A stretch of 64,000 bases of DNA from an uncultured Verrucomicrobiae bacterium. GTDB taxonomy: Bacteria > Verrucomicrobiota > Verrucomicrobiia > Chthoniobacterales > JAFAMB01. The DNA lies in NCBI GenBank assembly GCA_963837955.1, contig CAWIPH010000002.1, positions 4,032,001-4,096,000 on the forward strand. The letters run 5' to 3'. The notes under the pieces were generated by a model that saw only the letters and a list, made by a program, of their open reading frames with translations, searched no databases and was not told the DNA's origin. Positions 27,508 through 37,077 of the stretch are shown one piece after another (the first letter of the stretch is position 1; every line of letters begins with the position of its first letter). The translations under genes were made by a program, and so were the position numbers.

Positions 27508-28773
27508 ATGAAGATTCTGGTGATTGGCGGCGGCGGGCGCGAACACGCGCTAGCATGGAAACTGCATCAATCGCCGAGGGCAGAGAAAATTTACGTAGCG
27601 CCGGGGAATGCTGGAACCAGCCAAGTGGCGCAGAACGTACCGATTTCGGCCAACGAACCGGAACAGCTTTTGCGATTTGCGTTAACGGAGCAGATTGATC
27701 TGACTGTGGTTGGACCGGACGACGCTCTGGCAGGCGGCATCGTTGACCGTTTTCAGGCCAAAGGATTAAGGATTTTCGGACCTAGCCAGAGAGCCGCCCG
27801 ATTGGAATCCTCGAAAAGTTTTGCCAAGGATTTCATGGAACGGCATGGAATCGCGACCGCTCGATTTACTCGGTGTGAATCGAGCCAGGCAGCCATTCGC
27901 GCGCTCGAAAATTATTCCTTCCCTGTTGTCATCAAGGCGGACGGGCTAGCGCTCGGTAAAGGCGTGACTATTGCCCTTGATCGAGCCGAAGCCGAGCGAG
28001 CGATCGACGCAATGATGGAGAAGAAGCAATTTGGAGCGGCAGGTGAGCGACTGGTTATCGAAGAGTACTTACGCGGCACAGAATGCTCGATTCACGCTTT
28101 GGTCGACGGTTCCAACTACCTTCTTTTTCCTTCGGCCAAGGATCATAAAGCTTTGTATGCCAACGATCAGGGGCCGAATACTGGCGGGATGGGTGCCATC
28201 AGCCCCTCACCCGCGATCACTGCGGCGCAGATGGAGGAAATAGAATCAAGGATTCTACAACCATTCATTCAAGGAATCCGAGAAGAAGGACTGGATTTCC
28301 GAGGGCTTCTTTTTCCAGGCCTCATGCTCACTCAAGAAGGTCCAGTGGTGTTGGAGTTCAACTGTCGTTTTGGTGATCCTGAAACTCAGGCATTGTTACC
28401 CCGGCTGCAGGCGGACCTGGTGGAACTGCTGGAAGCGACGATCGACCAGCGCCTAGACGAAGTCGCTGCCTCGTGGGATTCCCAGTGTGCGCTTTGCCTG
28501 GTATTAGCTTCGGCAGGCTACCCCGGCCACTACGAGACCGGCAAACCGATCTATGGATTGGATAGCTTGGAAACCCTAGAAGGAGTTGTCGTTTTTCACG
28601 CCGGCACCAAACATATAGATAATGTGGTTGTGACCAGCGGCGGGCGGGTACTCTCCGTAATGGCTCTGAGTGAAAACTTGCAGCAAGCGCGAGAGAAAGC
28701 GTACAGGGCCGCAGAAAAGATCGAATTCGCTGGAAAATATTTCCGGCAAGATATTGGCAGCACACCACTTTAG
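27508..28773 (+). CDS. purD: Phosphoribosylamine--glycine ligase
   Basis: MKILVIGGGGREHAL, KADGLALGKGV, GPNTGGMG, EFNCRFGDPETQ. Confidence 0.97.
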   Translation: MKILVIGGGGREHALAWKLHQSPRAEKIYVAPGNAGTSQVAQNVPISANEPEQLLRFALTEQIDLTVVGPDDALAGGIVDRFQAKGLRIFGPSQRAARLESSKSFAKDFMERHGIATARFTRCESSQAAIRALENYSFPVVIKADGLALGKGVTIALDRAEAERAIDAMMEKKQFGAAGERLVIEEYLRGTECSIHALVDGSNYLLFPSAKDHKALYANDQGPNTGGMGAISPSPAITAAQMEEIESRILQPFIQGIREEGLDFRGLLFPGLMLTQEGPVVLEFNCRFGDPETQALLPRLQADLVELLEATIDQRLDEVAASWDSQCALCLVLASAGYPGHYETGKPIYGLDSLETLEGVVVFHAGTKHIDNVVVTSGGRVLSVMALSENLQQAREKAYRAAEKIEFAGKYFRQDIGSTPL

Positions 28774-28792
28774 CACCATGGCAGGATGCAAG

Positions 28793-29881
28793 ATGTTTGA
28801 AACAAAGCTGATTCCGATTTGGCTTCTGGTAGTCACCGGGCTGGTTTCGGTTCACGCCCAATCACCTTCCCCCAGCCCAACTCCCGGGACTACGCCGGAA
28901 CGGCAGCAGACAGCTACACCTGGCCTGATAGATCAGCTCGGACCGACTCAATTCCAGGAAATCCTCAACCAACTGCGCTCCAACTACGTGGATCCAACGG
29001 CAGTGAGCACGCAGGCTCTCGGTCAAGCCGCAATGACCGAGTTGCTCTCAAAACTGGGGCCGGGAGTGCGATTGCGCTTACGGTCCGACGTCGAGAAACC
29101 GACTGTCAATCGCCCGTTTCGAAGCGAGATTCTAAACGATCATTTTGGATACGTCCGATGCGGTACTCTCAATCACAATAGCTTGGTCAAGCTCGACGAC
29201 GCGCTAGGAACGTTCCGTAATCAGAACGTGCAAGGCGTAATTGTTGATCTCCGCACAACTCCTGAGAGCACGGATTATCAATTGGCGGGAGAGTTTATCA
29301 GCAGATTTGTTCCTAAAGGAACGTTGGCATATCGAATCGTCGGAGCCAAAACAAACCAGGAACGCTCATTTTCGTCATCTCTAGACCCCGTGTACCAAGG
29401 TCCTTTGGCTTTGGTGGTAGACCAAGAGGCGGCCGGCGCAGCAGAAGTAATTGCTGCAGCTCTAAAGGTGAAAGCGCACGCGCTGGTGATAGGTGAAAAG
29501 ACCTCCGGCAGCGCAGCCGAGTATCAGAGTTCCCCCATTGGCAGCAATCTACTACTCAGTATTGCTGTCACCCAGGTCCAGGTTCCTGATTTTCCGTCCA
29601 TTTTCCCGAGTGGAATCCAGCCGGACATTCCGGTTGTTCAACCAGCGGATCAGGAGCATTCCGTCCTAGCTGAAACGGACAATCAATCAAGTGAGCCATT
29701 CATTACCGACGAGCCGCGCAAGCACCTCAACGAAGCCGCGTTGGTGTCCGGCACCAATCCTGAGCTCGACGCATACGAGGCGCAACAATCGGGACAAGTC
29801 CCGCCGGCAAAGCAGAAAGATCCGATGCTCCAGCGCGCCGTCGATTTCTTGATCACGGTGAATCTGTACAAGGTACGATAG
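28793..29881 (+). CDS. Secreted S41 (tail-specific) peptidase-like protein, catalytic residues apparently absent
   Basis: Signal peptide; LRSNYVDP, GYVR, GVIVDLR, PLALVVD...AEVIAAAL...VIGEKT, GIQPDIPV, DPMLQRAVDFL. Confidence 0.8.
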   Translation: MFETKLIPIWLLVVTGLVSVHAQSPSPSPTPGTTPERQQTATPGLIDQLGPTQFQEILNQLRSNYVDPTAVSTQALGQAAMTELLSKLGPGVRLRLRSDVEKPTVNRPFRSEILNDHFGYVRCGTLNHNSLVKLDDALGTFRNQNVQGVIVDLRTTPESTDYQLAGEFISRFVPKGTLAYRIVGAKTNQERSFSSSLDPVYQGPLALVVDQEAAGAAEVIAAALKVKAHALVIGEKTSGSAAEYQSSPIGSNLLLSIAVTQVQVPDFPSIFPSGIQPDIPVVQPADQEHSVLAETDNQSSEPFITDEPRKHLNEAALVSGTNPELDAYEAQQSGQVPPAKQKDPMLQRAVDFLITVNLYKVR

Positions 29882-29893
29882 CAGCCTGACGCA

Positions 29894-30010
29894 GTAGCCT
29901 GATGCTCCAGCCTCAGGAAGGTCGGGGACAATAGGTCTATTTTAGAGCCAGCGATCTGGCATTTTCAGGCCCACAATGCGTGGCTTCCTGAGGCTAGAGG
30001 ATCAGGCTAC
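29894..30010. repeat. Family-B REPIN (inverted pair of GTAGCCTGATGCTCCAGCCTCAGG)
   Basis: REP at 29894-29917 and an inverted copy at 29987-30010, between convergent genes. Confidence 0.8.
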
Positions 30011-30027
30011 TGCCTTTGCGGGGAGAT

Positions 30028-31014
30028 CTAGCTCGATTTTTTCGCGTCGGTGGCGCCGAACACATGGCCGATCGGTTTTGCTGCAGACGGAAAGAGAGCG
30101 ACTGCCGCGGCGACGATCATCAGCCAATACACCTCGGACCGTGCGATCTTCGCACCAACCACGCTGGATTCGTCTAATTTGGGCAGCGTTCGAGCTCCAA
30201 TCAACACCGGCAAGGCGCAAGCAAAACGGACCCGAATAGGACGAATCGCGCAGACATATTTCCAGCCAGAACCCAAATACTGCTGTGCGCGTTTCTGCCA
30301 TTCCAGAAAAAGCGGGCGCACAAGTTCCCGATTCTCTTTCAGCAGGTGTGGATCTGCCACCGGCAGATATGATCGTCCATGGGCGACGTCGGTCGGGAAA
30401 TCTCGTAAGATATTAGTTAGCTGGAGTCCTTTCCCAAACTCGATACCTAACTGTTCCAATTCGGATTTCGGAATTCTGGAATAGGAAGGCCATTCCAGCG
30501 AACAGAGTCTTGTCCAGAATTCTCCGACAGAGCCTGCCACCAAATAGGTGTATTCTTCAAGCTCACCGGCGTTGCGAAGTGCGCGCAGCGAATCGGTCAT
30601 TTCGAATCGCTCAATATCCAGCATCTGACCTCGGATGATTTTGCCCAGAACGTCCAGCACAAGCGGCTGATGGCGAGGAGGCAGGACACGCACAGATGCT
30701 ACCAACGAAATAAGTCGCTTAAGCAGATCCTTCTCTGCACCTGACGGTTGAGCCTCGACACACTGCGAAATCCGCTCGGCGAGATCGACCGGCGAGCCCT
30801 GAAGCGAAGATCGCAGGCCGTCTAATGTTTCCAGCCGGTATTTGGGGTCAAATCGATTTGTATCGGCGATAGTATCAGAGGCGCGGGCAAGCAAGTATCC
30901 AATCGCTATGGCCGGACGTATCCGCGAGGGCAAAAACCGGATACTCAAGTAAAATGATCTAGAGACACGTTTGAGCAGCGGGAACAGCTCAGAATCTAAC
31001 TGAGGGAGGGTCAA
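30028..31014 (-). CDS. Squalene/phytoene synthase family protein
   Basis: LKRVSRSFYLSI, YLLARASDTIAD, YTYLVAGSVGEFWT, GKGLQLTNILRDFPTD...GRSYLP. Confidence 0.9.
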   Translation of the reverse strand: MTLPQLDSELFPLLKRVSRSFYLSIRFLPSRIRPAIAIGYLLARASDTIADTNRFDPKYRLETLDGLRSSLQGSPVDLAERISQCVEAQPSGAEKDLLKRLISLVASVRVLPPRHQPLVLDVLGKIIRGQMLDIERFEMTDSLRALRNAGELEEYTYLVAGSVGEFWTRLCSLEWPSYSRIPKSELEQLGIEFGKGLQLTNILRDFPTDVAHGRSYLPVADPHLLKENRELVRPLFLEWQKRAQQYLGSGWKYVCAIRPIRVRFACALPVLIGARTLPKLDESSVVGAKIARSEVYWLMIVAAAVALFPSAAKPIGHVFGATDAKKSS

Positions 31015-32129
31015 GGGTTACGTCGGTCTCGGATGTCGATCTTGGTTAGATCAGAATTGCCGATCTGGTATTGGCCGGCAGTCTGAACGTATTTCGCAAT
31101 CTTGGATGCTGGATCCATTTTCGCCTGGATCCTCCAGCCATCAAGTTGCTTCGCAGCCACGGCATCCAATGCAACCGGATCCTTGCTGGCATAAATAGTC
31201 CCGAATTGAACAGCGTAGTTGGTGTCTCCGAACGGTGCGCCAGCATAGAGCGCGACCAGTCCATCCATGATATGCAAAACTACCTTCTCGCTAACCCGGG
31301 GATCCGCATACATTTCCGCAATGTCCGGATCACCTCGCACCGGTTCGTCTATCAATCGACGCCAATTGTCGACGTTTTGGACGGTCATGTTGTAAAGAGC
31401 CCCTGATAATCCGCAGTACACATTGTCCGAAAGTACCGGCACATTGATTACTTTCGTAACGACCTTGGAAAGCACCTGGCTCAAATGGCTTTCATTGCTC
31501 ATGTTAGCCATGGAGAACTTCTTATTCTTTTCGTCCGACTCTTGCTCTGTTTTGAGATTCTGGCGAGGCTTACCGACGAACAAGAGGTCGCCATAAATCA
31601 GGCGACCGGTCACAGGCGAAGTGAGCGCAACCTGCGGATCATAGTTATCTTCGTTCCACATGACTCGGTAGCCACCTTTATGAAAATGGAATCCAGCACG
31701 CTTCAAAAGCTTGGCGTCGCGATCCCAGACGATGATATTTTCTGGAGGAACACCGGCTTGCCGGAGGCCGTCAATAATCGTTAAGACGACTTCGGGGTGC
31801 GTGCTGAACAACGGCGCGCCATTTGCGCAGACTTTGATTCCGACAATATCGCTCGGTTTGACCAGAGACGCCCAAGCGGCGGCGACCGAGGGCTCGCCCG
31901 TCACGCTAGTAACAACCTCATCCACCATCCGCCGGACTTCCGAAGCATTTACTTTGTAGTCATAAATCGCATCCGAGCTCCCGGTTCGATAAACAACAGA
32001 TCGGGGCAGAGGCGCCGGGGTCACGTCTGGGAAGGAGGGGGGAGAGGCGGCAGGCTCAGATGTTTGCGCTATTCCGACAAGAACTCCTGAGCTCAGCAAA
32101 CCGACAAATACCGTCACAACTCTGAACAC
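31011..32129 (-). CDS. DUF362-like exported protein
   Basis: VKPSDIVGIKV, THPEVV, VINVPVLSD, LHIMDGL, SKDPVALDAV; N-terminal signal-like segment; 4-nt overlap with the downstream gene. Confidence 0.75.
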   Translation of the reverse strand: MFRVVTVFVGLLSSGVLVGIAQTSEPAASPPSFPDVTPAPLPRSVVYRTGSSDAIYDYKVNASEVRRMVDEVVTSVTGEPSVAAAWASLVKPSDIVGIKVCANGAPLFSTHPEVVLTIIDGLRQAGVPPENIIVWDRDAKLLKRAGFHFHKGGYRVMWNEDNYDPQVALTSPVTGRLIYGDLLFVGKPRQNLKTEQESDEKNKKFSMANMSNESHLSQVLSKVVTKVINVPVLSDNVYCGLSGALYNMTVQNVDNWRRLIDEPVRGDPDIAEMYADPRVSEKVVLHIMDGLVALYAGAPFGDTNYAVQFGTIYASKDPVALDAVAAKQLDGWRIQAKMDPASKIAKYVQTAGQYQIGNSDLTKIDIRDRRNP

Positions 32130-32176
32130 GAGGGAGGATTAGCTTGAACTGTTGCGAAAGCAAAGGAGGATTTGGG

Positions 32177-33280
32177 ATGCGCCACGGGATAGAACATCTG
32201 TACGTCCACATTCCCTTCTGTCCCAAAATTTGCCCCTATTGCAGCTTCTACAAGGAAGCTTCCGATCGAAACAAGGTGCAGGGGTTCCTCGACGCGCTGC
32301 TGGTCGAACTCGACACCTTCGGATCTGACCGTCTGCGCGTTCGAACGATCTTTTTCGGGGGCGGAACCCCATCTGCGCTTTCACCTTCCCAGTTAGACTT
32401 CTTGCTCAACGGATTGCGTCAGCGCCTGGACCTGACCAATCTAACCGAGTGGACGCTGGAAATGAATCCAGCGACGGTTTCGGCGGAGAAGGCAAGCTTG
32501 CTACTTTCGCTCGGCGTTAACCGGATCAGCATGGGTGTTCAGTCTTGGGATTCGGAAATTCTCCAACGCCTCGGGCGGGTACATTCGGCAGGACAAGCCC
32601 GGCGCTCATACGACATCCTGCGCAAAGCCGGCTTTAGGAATATAAACTTGGATTTGATCTTTGGCGTGCCTGGTCAATCACGCAACCAATGGATGGAGAC
32701 GCTGCGGGAAACGGTCGCCTTGGAACCAAATCATATCTCGGCCTATTGTCTGACTTACGAAGAAGACACCGAATTCTTCCGGCGTTTTCAGACCGGTGAA
32801 TTCCGGCAGAACTCCAACGCGGACGCCGAGTTCTTTACTGCTACTATGGACTTTCTCGGCGCACACGGCTTTGAACAATACGAGATTTCAAACTACGCTC
32901 AGCCCGAGCGCGAGTGCCTACACAATCTCGCTTACTGGCACGGCAGGGACTACCTGGGCCTTGGGCCAAGTGCATTCTCCACCGTGGGCAGGAGTCGTTG
33001 GCAAAACATCGCGGATACGCAAAGCTACATTGCACAAATCATGCAGGGAGGTCTGGCCAGGTCGTTTGCAGAGGACTTGGAAGAGAAAACCAGGGAGTCG
33101 GAACGCATCATCTTTGGGCTCCGAACCAACAACGGAATTCTCCGGTCCAAGATCGCGCATCAAGATGTAGACCTCCACGACCTGGAAAAGGCAGGCTACC
33201 TCGAGGCCGCAGGTGATTACATCCGGCTGACCAGGGCGGGTCGAATGGTCGCCGATGAAATTGGCACGCTGTTCGTATGA
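32177..33280 (+). CDS. hemW: Radical SAM heme chaperone HemW (HemN-like)
   Basis: HLYVHIPFCPKICPYCSF, FFGGGTPS, YEISNYA...CLHNLAYW; GGAGGA RBS before the ATG at 32177. Confidence 0.9.
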   Translation: MRHGIEHLYVHIPFCPKICPYCSFYKEASDRNKVQGFLDALLVELDTFGSDRLRVRTIFFGGGTPSALSPSQLDFLLNGLRQRLDLTNLTEWTLEMNPATVSAEKASLLLSLGVNRISMGVQSWDSEILQRLGRVHSAGQARRSYDILRKAGFRNINLDLIFGVPGQSRNQWMETLRETVALEPNHISAYCLTYEEDTEFFRRFQTGEFRQNSNADAEFFTATMDFLGAHGFEQYEISNYAQPERECLHNLAYWHGRDYLGLGPSAFSTVGRSRWQNIADTQSYIAQIMQGGLARSFAEDLEEKTRESERIIFGLRTNNGILRSKIAHQDVDLHDLEKAGYLEAAGDYIRLTRAGRMVADEIGTLFV

Positions 33281-34329
33281 CTAAGTACGACGTGGTGGTC
33301 GTCGGAGGTGGTCCGGCTGGGGCCGCTGCGGCGGCGGTCACCGCTGAAGCTGGGCTGCGAACTCTCGTGATCGAACGCGCGTTTTTTCCCAGGGACAAAG
33401 TTTGCGGCGATTGCCTAAACCCAGGCTGTTGGGAAGTGTTCGAACGTCTGGGGATCGCGACGAAAATCGCCGCCCTTCCCTCTTCCCGGTTACAGTGGGT
33501 CGAGTTTGTGAATCTCCGGGGCGTCCGAATCCGAAGACCGTTGTCACAGAACGGACGTCCTGAAGTGGCGCTGCGGCGACGGCTGTTAGATGACGCGCTC
33601 CTCAACCGGGCCAAGGATCTGGGAGCCGAAGTGTGGCATGGGGAGCCGGTTACGGGCCTGACAAAAGGTTGGCGCGTGCAAACGGAAAGGCGCGACGCCC
33701 AAACTGAATTCCTGATCGCTGCGGACGGCCGAAATTCGTCCGTCGCTCGCCTGCTACGTCATTTCCCACAGACCCGCACGGATCGGATCGCCTATCAGAC
33801 ACATTTTCCGGCCAATTGGGAACCGCATGTCGCGCTGGAATTGTGGCCGCAAGGCTATCTCGGTAGGCAAACGGTTGACAACGAAACGGTGGGACTCTGT
33901 GTGGTAAGCCGCCCGGCGTTAGCTGAAGCATTTAGGGCGACGATGGCCAAACGGTTTGGCCTGGCGAGCAACCATCGCTGGAATTCAATTGCGCCGCTGA
34001 CGCGCAAGCCGGTAACGGGCCGTCACGAAAAGCTCTTTTATGTCGGCGATGCCGCTCAAGTTGTGGAGCCGTTTACTGGAGAAGGGATCTTGTACGCCCT
34101 GAAATCCGGCTTGTTGGCCGCTGAGACGATCAAGAAGGCCATCTCAAACCTGGCCGATTGTCGGGACGAATATTGGGAAGCTCACCGCCGATTGTATGCT
34201 GGACGTTTGTGGATCAATCGTCTGGCGCGATGGTCCGTACTTCATCCCCAAGTGGCAAGTAGCGCGATGGAACTGCTCCGACTATTTCCCGGTCCCTTGA
34301 ATTATTTGACTGGAAAGGTAGTCGGCTAG
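33277..34329 (+). CDS. FAD-dependent oxidoreductase, geranylgeranyl reductase-like family
   Basis: DVVVVGGGPAG, FPRDKVCG, IAADGRNS, VGDAAQVVEPFTGEGI. Confidence 0.85.
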   Translation: MTKYDVVVVGGGPAGAAAAAVTAEAGLRTLVIERAFFPRDKVCGDCLNPGCWEVFERLGIATKIAALPSSRLQWVEFVNLRGVRIRRPLSQNGRPEVALRRRLLDDALLNRAKDLGAEVWHGEPVTGLTKGWRVQTERRDAQTEFLIAADGRNSSVARLLRHFPQTRTDRIAYQTHFPANWEPHVALELWPQGYLGRQTVDNETVGLCVVSRPALAEAFRATMAKRFGLASNHRWNSIAPLTRKPVTGRHEKLFYVGDAAQVVEPFTGEGILYALKSGLLAAETIKKAISNLADCRDEYWEAHRRLYAGRLWINRLARWSVLHPQVASSAMELLRLFPGPLNYLTGKVVG

Positions 34330-34370
34330 CGCCTGACTACTGAGGGGCCTGCTTCCTTACTACCCCGCTC

Positions 34371-35063
34371 TCAGCGCGCTCGACGTTCACCAAAAATCGC
34401 CGTCCCAACTCGGACCATAGTCGCGCCCTCCTCGACCGCGACACGATAGTCTCCGCTCATTCCCATCGAAAGCTCAGGCAGAGCAAAACTCGATTCACGT
34501 GCTAGTCGATCCCGCAACTCTCGCAACGCCACAAAATAGCGACGTGAATGTTCCGGTGCGGGTGCCAGCGGTGGAATAGTCATCAGTCCTTCAATGCTAG
34601 CGCGCTTGAAGCCTGTGAGTGTCTCAATTTGTTCAAAAAGCTTCGTAGGCGAGAATCCAAACTTCGATGCTTCCCCGGCCAAATTGACTTGCAGAAGAAC
34701 TCGAGGGAACAGCCCCAGCTCGGCCGCAACCCGATCAAGATCGGCCAACAATTCAGTCGAGTCGATACCGTGGATGAGCTGAAATAGTGGCAGAGCAACG
34801 CGCACCTTGTTGCTCTGTAGGTGTCCGACCAAGTGCCACTGCGCCCGCGCCGGCAAATCCGGGATCTTCGCCCGCGCCTCTTGCACTCTGTTTTCTCCGA
34901 AGATCAACTGACCGGCATCTATCGCTTCTTGGATCACGTCCGCAGGATGGGTCTTGCTCACTGCGATCAATTGAACGGAGCCACCGGGTTGCCCGGCTGC
35001 TCTTTCGGCTTCGCTGATCACCTGTCGTACTTTTGCCAGATTATCTGAAATATCCGCACCCAT
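34371..35063 (-). CDS. yggS: Pyridoxal phosphate homeostasis protein (YggS family)
   Basis: LIAVSKT, FGENRVQE, WHLVGHLQSNK, LSMGMSGDY...VRVGTAIFG. Confidence 0.94.
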   Translation of the reverse strand: MGADISDNLAKVRQVISEAERAAGQPGGSVQLIAVSKTHPADVIQEAIDAGQLIFGENRVQEARAKIPDLPARAQWHLVGHLQSNKVRVALPLFQLIHGIDSTELLADLDRVAAELGLFPRVLLQVNLAGEASKFGFSPTKLFEQIETLTGFKRASIEGLMTIPPLAPAPEHSRRYFVALRELRDRLARESSFALPELSMGMSGDYRVAVEEGATMVRVGTAIFGERRAR

Positions 35064-35116
35064 TGACTCAACTATTAGAAAAACTTATGCTGTTCGAATC
35101 GGCTCATCGCTCGGGA

Positions 35117-36004
35117 ATGCAAATTGAAACGCTCAAGATTTTTTGCGATCTCGTCGAGACGGCCAGCTTCTCGAAGGCGGCCGAGTTAAACACGATCACG
35201 CAAAGTGCCGTGAGTCAGCAAATCCGCACGATAGAACGAAAGTTCAAAATAGCGTTGATCGAACGAGCCAACAAGAATTTCTCGGTCACTCCTGAGGGTC
35301 GAGCGTTTCTCCAAGCGAGCAAAGAAATTCTTCGGGTCTACGACGGTTTGAGCGATCGGTTAGCCCAACTGCAACAGCTAGTTTCCGGCCGCTTACGAAT
35401 CGCCACTGTCTATAGCATTGGCCTTCATGAATTACCCCGTAATTTGAAGCTATTCCGGCAAGCCTACCCGGCTATCGACGTACAGGTAGAATATTTACGC
35501 TCGGCTCAAGTCTATCAGCACGTGGCCGAAGGCGCTGCCGACCTTGGTTTCGTTGCATATCCCACCCGGCATCGGGGCGTAACCGTCGAGAGCCATTGGA
35601 AAGACAAGTTGGTTTTAATCTGCCCGCCGAATCATCGATTGGCAGCGCGGCAGAGTGTACCGATCACCGCATTAGACAGAGAAAAGTTCATTTCTTTTAG
35701 TTTTGATCTACCAACCCGAAAGGCGATCGACCGGGTTTTCAAGACGCACGCGGTTACGATTCGGCGATCGATGGAGTTCGATAATATCGAGACGGTGAAA
35801 CGCTCGGTGGAAATCGAGGATGGAATTTCGATTGTGCCGCTCAGCACGATCGAAGAAGAGAGGCTGATCGGCAGTCTGGTGGCTGTGGAAATTGAATCTG
35901 TCGATATGTGGCGCCCGATCGGTCTGGTTCAGCGGCGTGCTCGGCGACAGGCGCCGCCAACAAGCGCGTTCGTTCAGATGCTGAAACAGAGAGATGCGCT
36001 TTGA
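35117..36004 (+). CDS. LysR family transcriptional regulator
   Basis: MQIETLKIFCDLVETASFSKAAELNTITQSAVSQQIR; ATG at 35117. Confidence 0.92.
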   Translation: MQIETLKIFCDLVETASFSKAAELNTITQSAVSQQIRTIERKFKIALIERANKNFSVTPEGRAFLQASKEILRVYDGLSDRLAQLQQLVSGRLRIATVYSIGLHELPRNLKLFRQAYPAIDVQVEYLRSAQVYQHVAEGAADLGFVAYPTRHRGVTVESHWKDKLVLICPPNHRLAARQSVPITALDREKFISFSFDLPTRKAIDRVFKTHAVTIRRSMEFDNIETVKRSVEIEDGISIVPLSTIEEERLIGSLVAVEIESVDMWRPIGLVQRRARRQAPPTSAFVQMLKQRDAL

Positions 36005-36179
36005 TCCAAACAGGGCTTCTGCTGGCACGGTTGGCTCGAACGAGATCTAACTGGGTAACAGACTGTGGTCAGATCGGCTCCCGGCACTCTGGTATGGGGT
36101 TACCGGCAATGGTCGGATGAAGAAGGCAAAAATTATTGATCCCGTAGGCGACTGCTTAACCCTTATTCAGGGGTGAACC

Positions 36180-36421
36180 ATAAAAGACCATCGGCTAGAC
36201 GAAATCTTGGGAGCATTAGCTCATCCAGATCGGCGCACTTTCGTGCGGGCGGGCGATGCACGAGGCGCTCGGCGCTGGCCAGCGTCTCGGAACGCTTGAA
36301 AGTGTTACGAAAGACCGGCATTCTCGTTCTGGAAAAGCGCGGTTGCTACCGCTTTTACCGAGCAAAATTCCAAGCTCATCCGGGAAACCGCCTGAGCCAT
36401 TTCTCGACTGCAGGATTCTGA
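36180..36421 (+). pseudogene. Disrupted ArsR/SmtB-family regulator
   Basis: One frame from the ATA at 36180 reads (I)KDHRLDEILGALAHPDRRTFVRA; another frame continues ALASVSERLKVLRKTGILVLEKRGCYRFYRA. These are two ArsR halves out of frame, with the middle shortened. Confidence 0.65.
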
Positions 36422-36424
36422 ATA

Positions 36425-37051
36425 ATGGGACGCGAAGCTCAATGTTTTTGTCGTTGGGGTGCCAGCAAAGGGAGCGTGAAAGCCCACCTCGAAACTCGTG
36501 AGCTCATCATTCGCGGTGACTTTCGAAAGAGAATTTTGCTCGATCAGATCAGCCACATATCGGTCGCGAAGGATGATCTTTGCTTTAAGGCCGGCGGCGA
36601 AGAAGTATCTTTAAGCTTGGGTGCACGTATGGCCGAAAAGTGGGCTAAGGCGTTGACATCACCGCCGCCAACTTTAGCCAAGAAACTGGGGATCAAGAGC
36701 GAGTCTCGCGTCTATTTTTGGGGCAAAATCGACGATCACGAGCTCGCGAATGCAGTCCGATCATCGCTCGTCAAAGAAGCGCAGATCGCTGACCTTTGGA
36801 TTTTACGGGTGGACGAAGAGGAGACGCTCAGCTCATTCATCCGGAGAAAAATCAACAAGTCAGAAGGCAGCCCGGCTTTATGGGTAGTCTATCCCAAAGG
36901 CCAAAAGAGCGGATTAAGCGAGTCCGTGGTTCGGAGAAAATTGTTGGAAAATGGTTTTGTCGATACCAAAGTCGCCGCCGTTTCTGACCGACTAACCGCG
37001 CTGCGGTTTTCCCGGCGTAAAACGGATTTACCGTTCGGGCAGAAAGCGTAA
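36425..37051 (+). CDS. Hypothetical protein (DUF3052-like C-terminus)
   Basis: PTLAKKLGIK, LWVVYPKG, GFVDTKVAAVSDRLTALRF. Confidence 0.75.
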   Translation: MGREAQCFCRWGASKGSVKAHLETRELIIRGDFRKRILLDQISHISVAKDDLCFKAGGEEVSLSLGARMAEKWAKALTSPPPTLAKKLGIKSESRVYFWGKIDDHELANAVRSSLVKEAQIADLWILRVDEEETLSSFIRRKINKSEGSPALWVVYPKGQKSGLSESVVRRKLLENGFVDTKVAAVSDRLTALRFSRRKTDLPFGQKA

Positions 37052-37077
37052 GGAAAAGTGCTGTCTCTGCCGTCCTC

